Virus record (IMG/VR): IMGVR_UViG_3300050821_003742
Coordinates: 36-64,035 of that record
DNA from: a virus
Taxonomy: Duplodnaviria; Caudoviricetes
DNA length: 64,000 nucleotides
Strand: one strand, 5' to 3'
Notes under the pieces: model-generated
Database searches by the model: none
What the model saw: only the letters and a program-made list of their open reading frames with translations
Told to the model about the DNA's origin: nothing
Shown: positions 11,001 through 20,271 of the stretch, piece after piece
Position numbering within the stretch: the stretch's first letter is position 1
Layout of the letters: each line of letters starts with the position of its first letter
Translations under genes and position numbers: made by a program

Positions 11001-14000
11001 TATCGGATGTTAACGCAGGTATGATGTACACCAAACTAAGCGACTATAATTTCCCTGCCCCTTCGTCGTTTGGATTCTACTATGGAATGGTTAATTCCAA
11101 GGTCAATCAGTGGGAGATGAACGATAACGAATTTGTAATTAATGAAAATCCCGGTGGTGGACTAATCGTTCTCAAGTTTGATCCCGTGGCGCAGACGGTA
11201 TCCAAGGTTAACTGCACGCGCAGCGCTTCAGGTTGCAACGATGGTAACAATCTGTTCATCAACCTAATTACAAATGCTACGTATCTTAACAATCAACCCC
11301 ATAAATTAATTGGATTCAACCGTTTCACCCGTTCGATGTTGACTACGGAAGATTATACGGCGATGTTGACCAATCCGACTGGTTCGCCAATCCTAACGGA
11401 TATAACTGCCAGCACTGCCGTGAATTGTCCTGGAATACCAACATCTAAAGTAAATGCCAACAACACTGGTAACCTAGTTGTCAGTGCGGACGATCAAAAG
11501 GCTGCTGAAGGCTACGGTGGTGGACAGAACGCCTTTATGCTTCTGTACTTTTTTGATGCAACTGCTAATGCAGGAGCTGGTGGTTGCCGCTGGTTTGACA
11601 CTTCCACTGGAACAATAGGTGGAAGCTATGGACCTACGGGATCTGTTCAATCATTCGATGATAACGGAAATCCTATAGCATGGATAAACAACAGTACCAT
11701 CCACAGTCTGGATCTTGATCGCAGCGGGACACTCCTTAGCTGGCAATTTTTAACTGATCCCGGAGGGCCAGCTTGCGTCAACAATACGAAGCAGTGCGAA
11801 GATGCATGGCGTTGGGACGTTACTAGTCTTAGGGCGTATAGACTTAATTACAACAGAACACCACAACACATGTTTGGCCACGACGTTGCACTTTATAATG
11901 GTTGGGCATGGGGTTGGTATGGTCTATCTACATTTACCACTGGCATCATCAGCGTCCCGGGCATAAACCTGATCCCGATTCTTGGTAACAACGCTACTGG
12001 AGATCTTCCTACGGCATTCAACGTATTCTGTTGCGACTCGCACGAGAACGGAAACAACCAATTACCGGCTGTAATACCGTCATCGTTCTTCGGAATGCAT
12101 GTGGCATATGGAACTACTTCCTATTCGACGCCAATTTTGCCACCTATCATTGTTGGTGAGCAGGGTAAACCGGCTGGTACCAACTGGCCCTATCTTGAAA
12201 GCGCTAGGGGAACTTATAGCTTTACTAACTTGGATAACGCAATGGTTTTTTCCCAGGCTAATAATGCTCCTCTGTTTTATAGCTTTGAGGATGAGCCCAT
12301 ATGGGCCGTGACCGATACCAGCGGTTGCGTTGCTGGGGCTGGAGGGACCCAGAAATGTCCCTCTGCACCTTCAGATTTAACCGTTAGTGCCGCTTGCCAA
12401 GCTCCATTGCTGGGCACAACTACAACGGATTGTCAGTTAAAAGAGTTCGTCACTACCCTGGTGCAGCGTTATAAGAGCACTGGGACTCAAACAGGATGCA
12501 CTGCCGGCAATCCGCAATGCAATGGCGTAATTCCACTATATGAATCGTGGAATGAGCCCATAGGTCTTGGTACCGGTGGAGTTCTAACCAATGCTCAGCT
12601 TGTAACCCTATCAACAGACTATCTAAATACTATAAGAGCTAATGATCCTAATGCCAAGGTATGTTCTCCGGCATTCACCATCAGTGCGGCTTTGCCGTCT
12701 CGTTCTACGCTGATGCAAAACTTCTTCTCTGGCGGTGGTCCCACAACTTACGACTGCTACGATTTCCATATCAATGAAACTACTCCAGAAGCACAGATTG
12801 CGGACATAAATACGTTCAAAGCTAACTTGACTACGGCAGGTGTTGTTAATCCTACCATCTATGCCACGGAAGCTGGACGCTGGGGTGGATGCGCTACGTC
12901 CGTATCTGGCATGACGCAGCAAGCTTACATAGGCAGAATTGAATTGTTATATGCCAGTAACAACGTCAAGCGTCACTACTGGTACGCCTATGACATCTGC
13001 CCTGGCTTAACAAATCAGCCTGGGACTTCAACTCTCAATGCTGCTGGTATCGGATATGGCAACGTAGAAAGTTGGATGATTGGGGCCAACCTATCTACTC
13101 CGTGTGCTGCCAATGGCACGGTGTGGACTTGCGGCTTGACCCGTCCAAGCGGATATAGAGCGTTGGCGGTGTGGGATACGTCGGGTAGCAGTACCTTCTC
13201 GGTTCCCAGTCAGTACACTCAATTTCAAGACCTGGAAGGGAATACTACTGCGGCCGGAGCTACGATAACTATTGGTACTGAACCCATTCTATTGGAGAAC
13301 GGAACTATACCATCTAACTTGGCAGGACCGTATCCACTCAACCCCGTGGTATGGGCTCCGTACATGGACGTGAATCCTCCAAGTCCATGGGTTGATGAGT
13401 TTCTAGCTACAACACTGGATGGATTCAAGACTACTTACAGGTTTGCTCATTTGTTTGATCGATACCACGAAGATACGCAGGGACATAAGGACTTTACGTC
13501 TTCGGCTCTGTGGCAGATATCTCATGATGGACAGTGGATCATATGGGCTTCCGACTGGACAGGTACGAGGGATGATGCGTACCTTGTATCCTTGAATCCT
13601 ACAAACTCGGTAGCTGCTCCTACGTTCAGTCCTGTTGGCAATGCAACTTATGCAGCAACGCAGAACGTAACTATACTTACTGGACCACTGGATACCGGCG
13701 TTACCGTGCATCATTGCTTCGACAATACACCATTGACTCCGTGTACACCCAATGTTACCGGGACCACGGCAACAATAAATTCCACGGGATACTTGAGGGC
13801 TAACGTTACTGCAGCCGGTAAGACTACCAGCGCAACTTCGTCAGCTCTTTACAGTATAGGTTCAGGTCTAGCTGTTCCAACGTTTAATCCGTTGCCAGGG
13901 GTCTATACCACAACTGGAATGAACATTACAATGACTCCGCCAAGCGGAGCAACGGTATGTTTCACAATTGACGGATCAACTCCCACTGATGATGGCAATG

Positions 14001-15220
14001 GAAACTGCCTCCATGGAAACATTTTCCCGAATCCTATTCTATACAATCCGCTTCCTCCGCAAACGCTAGCGTGGCCAAACTGTATATCACCGTGCAATAT
14101 TAATGCCATAAGTATTCAGGTTGGACAAACAGCTTCGGTTATGACAACCGGAACCTTCACTACGTCATCCGGAACGGTTGCCTCGCTTACTCCAGCCACG
14201 CTGGCATTCGGGAATCAGAACATAAATACGACCAGTACGGTGCAACTGGCTACGCTTACCAATACCGGAACAAATTCCGTGACCGTTTCCGCCGTTACAA
14301 TAGCGGCAAACTTCGCACGTAGCGGTGGAACATGTTCTCTAACTGTTCCATTCACACTGGCAGTGGGGGCAAGTTGCACCATAGGGGTTAACTTCACTCC
14401 AACCGTGGCTCAGAATTACAACGGAACATTGGTCGTAACTTCCAATGCTCCTACGCTAACTACCAATCTTACTGGGACTGGAACAACTCCGGCGCAGCCA
14501 ACGGCAACATTACTGCCAACAACGATGGCGTTCGGAAATCAAGCTATAAACACTACCAGTTCTCCCATCTCCGCCACATTGACAAATACAGGTACGGTCA
14601 ACGTTAACGTAACAAGCGTAACGGTGTCTCCTAGTATTTTTGCAGAATTAACTACTGACACTTGTCCTAATGCACCGTTTACATTGCCGCCAACCACTAA
14701 TAACTCTTGTACCATTGCGGCTACGTTCACTCCCACCGCTGCGCAGGCTTATAGCGGAACATTATCAGTGGCTTCCAACGCGCCTACGCTGACCGTCAAT
14801 CTTACCGGAACGGGAACCAATACCGTTGCAACATCGACGCTAACTCCTGCTTCTTTTAACTTTGGACAGGGCTACATTAATAGTTCGAATGACAAATCAA
14901 CGTTTACATTTTCCAATACTGGATCGGTTGATATCACCGTTTCTAATGTCATAGTTTCTGGAGCAGACTTTGTATACAGTGGCGGAACGTGCCCCAACAC
15001 CACTCCAACTACTCCATTTACGGTTCCTGCGGGAACCTCTTGTTCATTCATTATTACATTTACTCCGCTATCTCCCGGTAATAAGAGTGGATCGCTTTCG
15101 GTAAATAGTAACTCATCAAATGCCAGCCAGTCTTCGTTCTCTGGCGTAGGAATTCCAGTTCAAGTATTCACCGGCTCTGGTTCGGTAAGCGGAAACGGTT
15201 CCGTAGTGGTGAGACCATAA
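8033..15220 (+). CDS. Giant multidomain glycan-binding/hydrolysing protein (lectin-like, beta-helix, Fn3 and chitobiase-like Ig, propeller-like, clan GH-A barrel, 3 choice-of-anchor-D-like Ig repeats)
   Basis: Signal MKRLLLLLFLSPLGLLA|Q; LYHYRAFAAN (Fn3); PSFSPAPGTY..IYTMDG (Fn3-associated); FFGMH..WPYLE..WNEP..ATEAG (GH-A); L.FGNQ..TLTNTG..C.I.V.F.P repeats. Confidence 0.75.
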   Translation: MKRLLLLLFLSPLGLLAQVPTPNTNYQTNFPLTQNPISEGGNWLNGNTNGGGKWGNVQTTPGMVFGTVESAGCPGTATLCNDNTAVLTGTWQSTQMAMATVRIANSSGLTSGAHEVELRLRSTINATGGGTNSGYEINCSVNTGNPYVQIVRWNGALGSFSLLNSQSPGSACANGDVLAATAIGSTISVYKSSGGGSLALIFSVTDSTFSGGSPGVGFFNNNDTNQSFFGFSNFTAWDGPAAAQMILPATCSQANVSSALTSIANDGSVVLIPPGTCLWASGINYTQTKTFVLAGAGAISGDGSGSNTSGTGFDNTIIQDGAGGNNVLTFTFINGKSSRITGFALAEGSGGATKNGAQLQLGGSSVSTRLDHMHFNQLHGGSVVQVEGCVYGVGDHNQFDAILSETAFSFRYHHGNCNGDTTNNGNGTWAAADLWGSSSFFYTENNNFQMLPLNASAGAHNFDFDCGRGGRFVFRYNYSGFRMITQTHFDPGGSPNVPIRPCRAHEEYNNIFAWSTSPSTDSGGMLEDNESGAGLFYSNTISALTTVQRVQITRQNNATYTWAAPPNGWGYCGTANGPSNWDENTGSTGYRCLDQVGAGQGDLLTNTAPNNNPTTNSTTGCVSSQSCAWPREALSPWYVWNNAFSPVPNATNHLWADFNSPTPVVENRDYYLSLPNVNEPGTFTGATGMGCGPTAAGLCTTPVARPATCTAGPTTNSPYNTPGSPGVGYWDNSTTPGKLYVCTATNTWTPYYTPYTYPHPLVGGAAPTIVIPTVTTTTATSITTTTASSGGTVTSNGGDPNGISSEGVCYATTANPTSPCTSNGTASPFTSSISGLTTNTLYHYRAFAANTAGTGFGSDLTFTTLSNGAVPPSFSPAPGTYTTPQNVVLTTTTPGAQIIYTMDGDVPTSTNGAFYSSYGPIVVSFTDTIKAYTTAPGFVDSPVVTATYTINPGPGPQQNYTVRTDKNGAAPEDWTTIPIPCSPAPCNFAVSDVNAGMMYTKLSDYNFPAPSSFGFYYGMVNSKVNQWEMNDNEFVINENPGGGLIVLKFDPVAQTVSKVNCTRSASGCNDGNNLFINLITNATYLNNQPHKLIGFNRFTRSMLTTEDYTAMLTNPTGSPILTDITASTAVNCPGIPTSKVNANNTGNLVVSADDQKAAEGYGGGQNAFMLLYFFDATANAGAGGCRWFDTSTGTIGGSYGPTGSVQSFDDNGNPIAWINNSTIHSLDLDRSGTLLSWQFLTDPGGPACVNNTKQCEDAWRWDVTSLRAYRLNYNRTPQHMFGHDVALYNGWAWGWYGLSTFTTGIISVPGINLIPILGNNATGDLPTAFNVFCCDSHENGNNQLPAVIPSSFFGMHVAYGTTSYSTPILPPIIVGEQGKPAGTNWPYLESARGTYSFTNLDNAMVFSQANNAPLFYSFEDEPIWAVTDTSGCVAGAGGTQKCPSAPSDLTVSAACQAPLLGTTTTDCQLKEFVTTLVQRYKSTGTQTGCTAGNPQCNGVIPLYESWNEPIGLGTGGVLTNAQLVTLSTDYLNTIRANDPNAKVCSPAFTISAALPSRSTLMQNFFSGGGPTTYDCYDFHINETTPEAQIADINTFKANLTTAGVVNPTIYATEAGRWGGCATSVSGMTQQAYIGRIELLYASNNVKRHYWYAYDICPGLTNQPGTSTLNAAGIGYGNVESWMIGANLSTPCAANGTVWTCGLTRPSGYRALAVWDTSGSSTFSVPSQYTQFQDLEGNTTAAGATITIGTEPILLENGTIPSNLAGPYPLNPVVWAPYMDVNPPSPWVDEFLATTLDGFKTTYRFAHLFDRYHEDTQGHKDFTSSALWQISHDGQWIIWASDWTGTRDDAYLVSLNPTNSVAAPTFSPVGNATYAATQNVTILTGPLDTGVTVHHCFDNTPLTPCTPNVTGTTATINSTGYLRANVTAAGKTTSATSSALYSIGSGLAVPTFNPLPGVYTTTGMNITMTPPSGATVCFTIDGSTPTDDGNGNCLHGNIFPNPILYNPLPPQTLAWPNCISPCNINAISIQVGQTASVMTTGTFTTSSGTVASLTPATLAFGNQNINTTSTVQLATLTNTGTNSVTVSAVTIAANFARSGGTCSLTVPFTLAVGASCTIGVNFTPTVAQNYNGTLVVTSNAPTLTTNLTGTGTTPAQPTATLLPTTMAFGNQAINTTSSPISATLTNTGTVNVNVTSVTVSPSIFAELTTDTCPNAPFTLPPTTNNSCTIAATFTPTAAQAYSGTLSVASNAPTLTVNLTGTGTNTVATSTLTPASFNFGQGYINSSNDKSTFTFSNTGSVDITVSNVIVSGADFVYSGGTCPNTTPTTPFTVPAGTSCSFIITFTPLSPGNKSGSLSVNSNSSNASQSSFSGVGIPVQVFTGSGSVSGNGSVVVRP

Positions 15221-15918
15221 TGGGATGGGGTCAAGGCAAGTACGGATGGGGCACCTTCGGATCTGCTGCGCCACAGTATGATGTGACGGATCAAGATGTG
15301 CTTTCTAATGTGCAGTTGGCATTGATAGAACCAACCAATGGCGGAGCATCGTTCCAGTCCGGTATATGGACCCAATCGCAGGCATTGGATTATCTCAACC
15401 AGAGACAAAACAGGTTCCTAAGTGAAACGGGATTAACGGTCATGGTTACTTACAATGCTGGGCAAGCTAATCAGACTCGGTATCCCGTTCCCGTAAACAC
15501 AATAGATATACGTAGGGTTGCCTGGGCCAACGTGGATTCGTCTATGACCTATGTGGAACTACCAGTTGCTACGGCGTGGGAAATGGATCATGGGCGTAGC
15601 AACTGGTCTACGGCAACGTCTAAAAGTCCTTCGGTATACATGGAAGATCATCTACCTTCGTTGACCATTGAGGTTAATCCTGCGCCGCTGGATAATGGCG
15701 AGATAGAACTGATAGCCGTGGCGCAAGGTACCCAGGTGGATGGTAGCGGTCAGTTTCTTTCTGTTCCCGATGACTATACACCGTATATTAAGTGGGGAGT
15801 ATTGGCTGATATGCTATCAGGAGAGTATGAAGGTAACGACCCGATACGCGCAAAGCATTGCGAAGAACGATTTGCCGAGGGAATAGAGCTGGCTAGGATA
15901 TTAACGGGAGAAATGTAG
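15220..15918 (+). CDS. Head-tail adaptor / tail ring-like protein (paralog 2)
   Basis: WTQSQALDYLN..RYPVP..IDIRRV..IEVNPAP..VPDDYTPYIKWGVLA; same architecture as 1472-2161. Confidence 0.6.
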   Translation: MGWGQGKYGWGTFGSAAPQYDVTDQDVLSNVQLALIEPTNGGASFQSGIWTQSQALDYLNQRQNRFLSETGLTVMVTYNAGQANQTRYPVPVNTIDIRRVAWANVDSSMTYVELPVATAWEMDHGRSNWSTATSKSPSVYMEDHLPSLTIEVNPAPLDNGEIELIAVAQGTQVDGSGQFLSVPDDYTPYIKWGVLADMLSGEYEGNDPIRAKHCEERFAEGIELARILTGEM

Positions 15919-15927
15919 GAGATTCTG

Positions 15928-18666
15928 GTGGCAACTGAACTACAACATGACGGATCAAAGTTCGCCTTGGCTGGACTGGACTTAAACGTTCCGGTAGATC
16001 TCGTTCCGCCCACTAAGTATTCCCAGGCTACCAACGTACTATCCAGGATTGAAGGGCAACTACAGGGAAGAGATGGGATAGACAAGATAGCAACGATTGA
16101 TCCCGGCGTACCTATTCATACCATCTTTAGATTGACACAGCCCAACCCCAGTGTTATTGGCGAAAGGCTTGTCGGTGCAGGATCATTACTATTCACTGCT
16201 CCTCTGCCTGACGGTAATTCCTTTTCTCAATTGACCGGTGGACCTTCGTTTGACGGAAGTCCACTTTCTATTATTCAGTTTTCATTCGATGCCGACCCCG
16301 CTGTATGGGCAATCATTGCCAATAGCGCCGGGATGATGAAGCGTAGAGCAGGATATTACCAACAACTTGGCATAGCTCCACCACTTAACCAGGCCACGGC
16401 CGTTGCTGGAACTATTCTTCCAGGTAATCTAAATTCTACTACTGGTACGCCATACGATTGGCGCTATACGTATGTAAATACCGTAACCAATAGCGAAGGA
16501 AATCCTTCGCCCATAATGAGTACGTCTCAGGAGATCAAGCGTCCTACGGCGAACCTTGATCCAGATCCGAGGTTGGGAGGTTCGGCGTTCATTAATCCTG
16601 GCAATGCCTACGATGGAGTTAATTCAACTGCCGCAACCAATGCCGGTGTAGGACAGTTTGCGGCTTCCATGAGGGTCCTCAGTATTCCTGCTACAACTAA
16701 TCAGTATACTTCATTGACACTTAATGTTATCGTTGGAGTATCTACGTTCCCTCTTAATTCCCTAGTAGCAGTATTTTATTCTACGGATGGTGGGAATACC
16801 TTTAATACTTTCGCTACAATACATGGAGTCTTGGCACCGAAACAGTTCTCCATTGCGCTTCCTGCAGGACAGGATCTAACAAAGGTTCAGGTAAGCATCT
16901 TCTCATCCAGTGAGAACGGAACTGTTACGCCATGCCCCGCAACGGGGTTATATGAAGTGTGGACAACTGGGAATATCAATCCTCCCGTAAACGTTACGCT
17001 GGCATTGAACAACCAGAGCGCTAATGTATGCGTAGGTGCTCCGGTAGATCCGCAAGTAGATGCTATAAGACTATACCGACGCGGCGGAACACTGCCTAAC
17101 AACTGGTTCATGGTAGGACAGTTTGCCATATCCTCATTGACTCAGGGTGGTTGTGGTCTGGGGGCATATCAAATCAATGATAACGTTCCCGACTCCGTAG
17201 CTCAGTTAGGACCGATACTCAATATAGATAACTTCCAGCCGATACAATCGATTCAGGCGGTTAACTTTCCGTTGCCTATTATATTCGGTCCTGCGGCCAA
17301 CAGGGTGTTGGCGTGCGGAGATCCCGCAAGACCCGCAGCCGTCTACTTTAGCGTTGATGGCAACGCCGATCAGTGGCCGGCGGAGAACTGGATTAACGTA
17401 GCCAACCCTGGCGAGCAGGTAATGAACGGGATTAACTATTCTCTTCGTACCTTCGCATTCTCCCGCGAGCGCATGTATATCATGCTACCTAACATCATTG
17501 CCGGTGTTACATTTACTCCAGCTGAGACCTCTTGTAGGCGCGGGCTTAAAGGCAGATTCGCACTGACTGCCGGAGAGCAGGGTATCTATTTCGTATCTAA
17601 GGATGGCGTGTATCGAACCCAGGGAGGACCGGAGCAATCTATAATTGATGATTCCATTAGGCCGCTATTCCCCACCTACGATATTCCAAACGGTGTTCCG
17701 GTCAATGGTTATGATGCCGTAGATATGTCACAGGAAGATTCGTTGCGTATGACATACCACAATGGCGAGGTGTGGTTCTACTACCGGGGGCTTACGACGG
17801 AGCTAATTCAGTTGATGATCTTCGATGAGCGGCGTTCCCGGTGGCGCCCGGGAGATTATACACCGGACATGGGAATGTCTTATAGCGAATCCAACACCGT
17901 GTCCAGCCTGCTATTTGGCGGAATAGATGGAACGCTATACTCAAGTGGTGGGCCCAATGATAACGGATCACCTATCTTTGTTGAGGCGCAAACCGGGGCA
18001 ATGGACCAGGGTAGGCCACTGAACCTTAAGGAATATCTTACCGTTAACTTCGACGTAGACCCGGGAGGAGCGAGCACAAACAATCCCATTGTTGTTACGC
18101 CTCTGTTGAATGGCAATACCGTATCCGATTCAGCTATCTATGTAACCGGGTCGGGAAGGCAGCGAGTAACGTTACCTCTTAACCAGAATGGTCAAGAGGT
18201 GTATGCCTACAACATAGCGTTCAGGCTGGCATGGCAAGAGAGTGCCAACATATCACCTATCTTCTATCAATACGAAATATTATATAGGCACGAACCTACG
18301 GAGACTACGCACTGGGAGCTGCCGCAAACCGGATTAGCCATGGAAGGATGGTTTCACATAAGGGATATATATGTGGTACTTAGGTCACAGGCCGATGTTA
18401 CGTTGACCGTTACTCCCGGTGTAGGTACCGCACAGACCTTTGTATTGCCTAATACCAACGGAGCCAAGAACACAGTGTACGTACAACTGGCGGCTTCTAA
18501 GGCCAATAGCTATGCCTTTGCCTTGGATTCCACGTTGCCCTTCAGAGTGTATTCGGATGAAACAGATGTAAGATGCAAGCAATGGATTACTAACCTGGGG
18601 TATAAGAACCTGCCATTGATATCCAGGGAGCAGGTAGGAAGGCCTTTTGGACAAGTAAATGTCTAG
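15928..18666 (+). CDS. Tail nozzle / tubular protein B-like (packaged-DNA stabilisation) protein
   Basis: 912 aa. GLDL..P....ATNV N-terminus and VYFS..G.ADQWP..N, GIYFVSKDGVY propeller motifs; lies before the ejection genes. Confidence 0.65.
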   Translation: MATELQHDGSKFALAGLDLNVPVDLVPPTKYSQATNVLSRIEGQLQGRDGIDKIATIDPGVPIHTIFRLTQPNPSVIGERLVGAGSLLFTAPLPDGNSFSQLTGGPSFDGSPLSIIQFSFDADPAVWAIIANSAGMMKRRAGYYQQLGIAPPLNQATAVAGTILPGNLNSTTGTPYDWRYTYVNTVTNSEGNPSPIMSTSQEIKRPTANLDPDPRLGGSAFINPGNAYDGVNSTAATNAGVGQFAASMRVLSIPATTNQYTSLTLNVIVGVSTFPLNSLVAVFYSTDGGNTFNTFATIHGVLAPKQFSIALPAGQDLTKVQVSIFSSSENGTVTPCPATGLYEVWTTGNINPPVNVTLALNNQSANVCVGAPVDPQVDAIRLYRRGGTLPNNWFMVGQFAISSLTQGGCGLGAYQINDNVPDSVAQLGPILNIDNFQPIQSIQAVNFPLPIIFGPAANRVLACGDPARPAAVYFSVDGNADQWPAENWINVANPGEQVMNGINYSLRTFAFSRERMYIMLPNIIAGVTFTPAETSCRRGLKGRFALTAGEQGIYFVSKDGVYRTQGGPEQSIIDDSIRPLFPTYDIPNGVPVNGYDAVDMSQEDSLRMTYHNGEVWFYYRGLTTELIQLMIFDERRSRWRPGDYTPDMGMSYSESNTVSSLLFGGIDGTLYSSGGPNDNGSPIFVEAQTGAMDQGRPLNLKEYLTVNFDVDPGGASTNNPIVVTPLLNGNTVSDSAIYVTGSGRQRVTLPLNQNGQEVYAYNIAFRLAWQESANISPIFYQYEILYRHEPTETTHWELPQTGLAMEGWFHIRDIYVVLRSQADVTLTVTPGVGTAQTFVLPNTNGAKNTVYVQLAASKANSYAFALDSTLPFRVYSDETDVRCKQWITNLGYKNLPLISREQVGRPFGQVNV

Positions 18667-19075
18667 CAATACGGACCCTGTACAAAAGTTTCCTTCGGTG
18701 CAGGCACCGCAACCGTTCACCCAGCAACGGTGGCGCCCCAAGCCGTTCCAGGACCCTGAGCTAGACCTCTCCACCAAGACCCTTTACGATAACGTCTATG
18801 GCCTTGAGGCTACGGCAACCCAGGCAGTAAAGGCTTTACAAGGTAGCAAGATAAGTTCAGGAGCAATAGCGGTAACCGGCAATATGAAAGGGGTTGCGAC
18901 CGGTCTTGGTACTCTTTCTAATATAGTAGTATCCATAGATGCAGGGTCAACCCCTACGAATATGATTGTAACTGCCACGCCTTCAACGATTACCGCAGGA
19001 ACCTTCGACGTTTATGTTTGGAATTCATCTTCTCCCGCTAACGCCGTTGTACGGTGGTTAGCCTGGGGAACATAA
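18659..19075 (+). CDS. Putative small tail/fibre-associated protein
   Basis: Coupled to the nozzle gene; C-terminal beta domain ending TFDVYVW..VRWLAWG. Confidence 0.45.
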   Translation: MSSNTDPVQKFPSVQAPQPFTQQRWRPKPFQDPELDLSTKTLYDNVYGLEATATQAVKALQGSKISSGAIAVTGNMKGVATGLGTLSNIVVSIDAGSTPTNMIVTATPSTITAGTFDVYVWNSSSPANAVVRWLAWGT

Positions 19076-19082
19076 GGGATAT

Positions 19083-19733
19083 ATGGCTGAACCACTTTCG
19101 AGACTAACCCCACCTGATAATATCGAGTCTGCTGAAGAGCGAGTTCGGCCAGTCCCTGTTGCAGGAGCTGGCGTAGAGAAGAGGGAATGGGTCATTACCG
19201 ACTTCGACGCTACCAAGATGCCGGGGACAGAGATATTTCTCCCTGGACTATGGAAGCGTATGCACGATGATGGAACCTTTGGAATGTTCTTCCATGAAGG
19301 TCCGGACATGAGCTTCATTCAGTTTGGGGCTGTGCTCACCAGTACCTCTAGCAAGATTCAGATTATCGTTGGCCATGATGCCGAGGGCAATGCCAAGGAA
19401 CATGCTGGCATGCTGATGTTGGATCACATTCTGTTTAATGATCAAGTTAAGCGTGCCGTTGGTAACTTCCTGTTCTTCAAGGAGTATTGGCATCGCCATG
19501 ATTCATTGGAGATTGGCCATGCGGTAATGGATCACTGGTTCTTTAACATGGGATTTGATGTGATAGCGGGGATTACGCCGAGGGGTAACAGGGCTGCTAT
19601 TGCATTCATCAAGAGGTTGGGATTCCAAGTGGTAGGGGATGTTCCCGGGTTCACTATGTATGATGGCAAGAATTGTGCCAGTGCTACATCATTTATGACT
19701 AAGGAAATGTGGACAAAGAGGCGAGATGGGTAA
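19083..19733 (+). CDS. GNAT-family N-acetyltransferase-like protein
   Basis: IAGITPRGNRAAIAFIKRLGFQVVG RimJ/RimL-type motif; sits before the ejection proteins as in many podoviruses. Confidence 0.7.
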   Translation: MAEPLSRLTPPDNIESAEERVRPVPVAGAGVEKREWVITDFDATKMPGTEIFLPGLWKRMHDDGTFGMFFHEGPDMSFIQFGAVLTSTSSKIQIIVGHDAEGNAKEHAGMLMLDHILFNDQVKRAVGNFLFFKEYWHRHDSLEIGHAVMDHWFFNMGFDVIAGITPRGNRAAIAFIKRLGFQVVGDVPGFTMYDGKNCASATSFMTKEMWTKRRDG

Positions 19734-20271
19734 GGGTCCTAAAGTACCACAATCATCGGTAGATACGAACGTTGGATTACAGAAGCTTGAATTCCAATAT
19801 CTTCCCCAATTTGCATCTCAAGGACTGAGAAACCTTGGTGCATCATCACAGTATTGGACAGATATTTTGCACGGTGGTCCTGCAGCACAGGCTGCCACGG
19901 CACCATACGCACAGACCATCGCACAACAAACGGCACAGAATCAAAAGAACATTCAGAATACGTTGCCGGCTGGCGGTGAAAAGAATCTAGCGTTGGCGCA
20001 GAATCAGACAGGGATGGGACAGTCCATTGCCAATCTGTATCAAGGACTGGGACCAACTGCTGCTGCTCAATTAGGTTCCCTGGGACTTGGTAGCGCCGGA
20101 GCTGGCAATGCTGCTGGCGGAGTAAGCGCCGGTGCAGGAGCATCGAACCTGAATCTTGCGGGACAGCAAGCTAATGCCAAGGGTCAGATGTGGGGTGGTA
20201 TTGGCTCCGGCGTAGGTTCACTGGTTGGCGGTAAATTGGGAGCCGGTAACGGCATCACGGGGAAGTCTTAA
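19726..20271 (+). CDS. Putative DNA ejection / internal virion protein
   Basis: G/A/Q-rich with C-terminal GGIGSGVGSLVGG amphipathic segment; synteny. Confidence 0.55.
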   Translation: MGKGPKVPQSSVDTNVGLQKLEFQYLPQFASQGLRNLGASSQYWTDILHGGPAAQAATAPYAQTIAQQTAQNQKNIQNTLPAGGEKNLALAQNQTGMGQSIANLYQGLGPTAAAQLGSLGLGSAGAGNAAGGVSAGAGASNLNLAGQQANAKGQMWGGIGSGVGSLVGGKLGAGNGITGKS

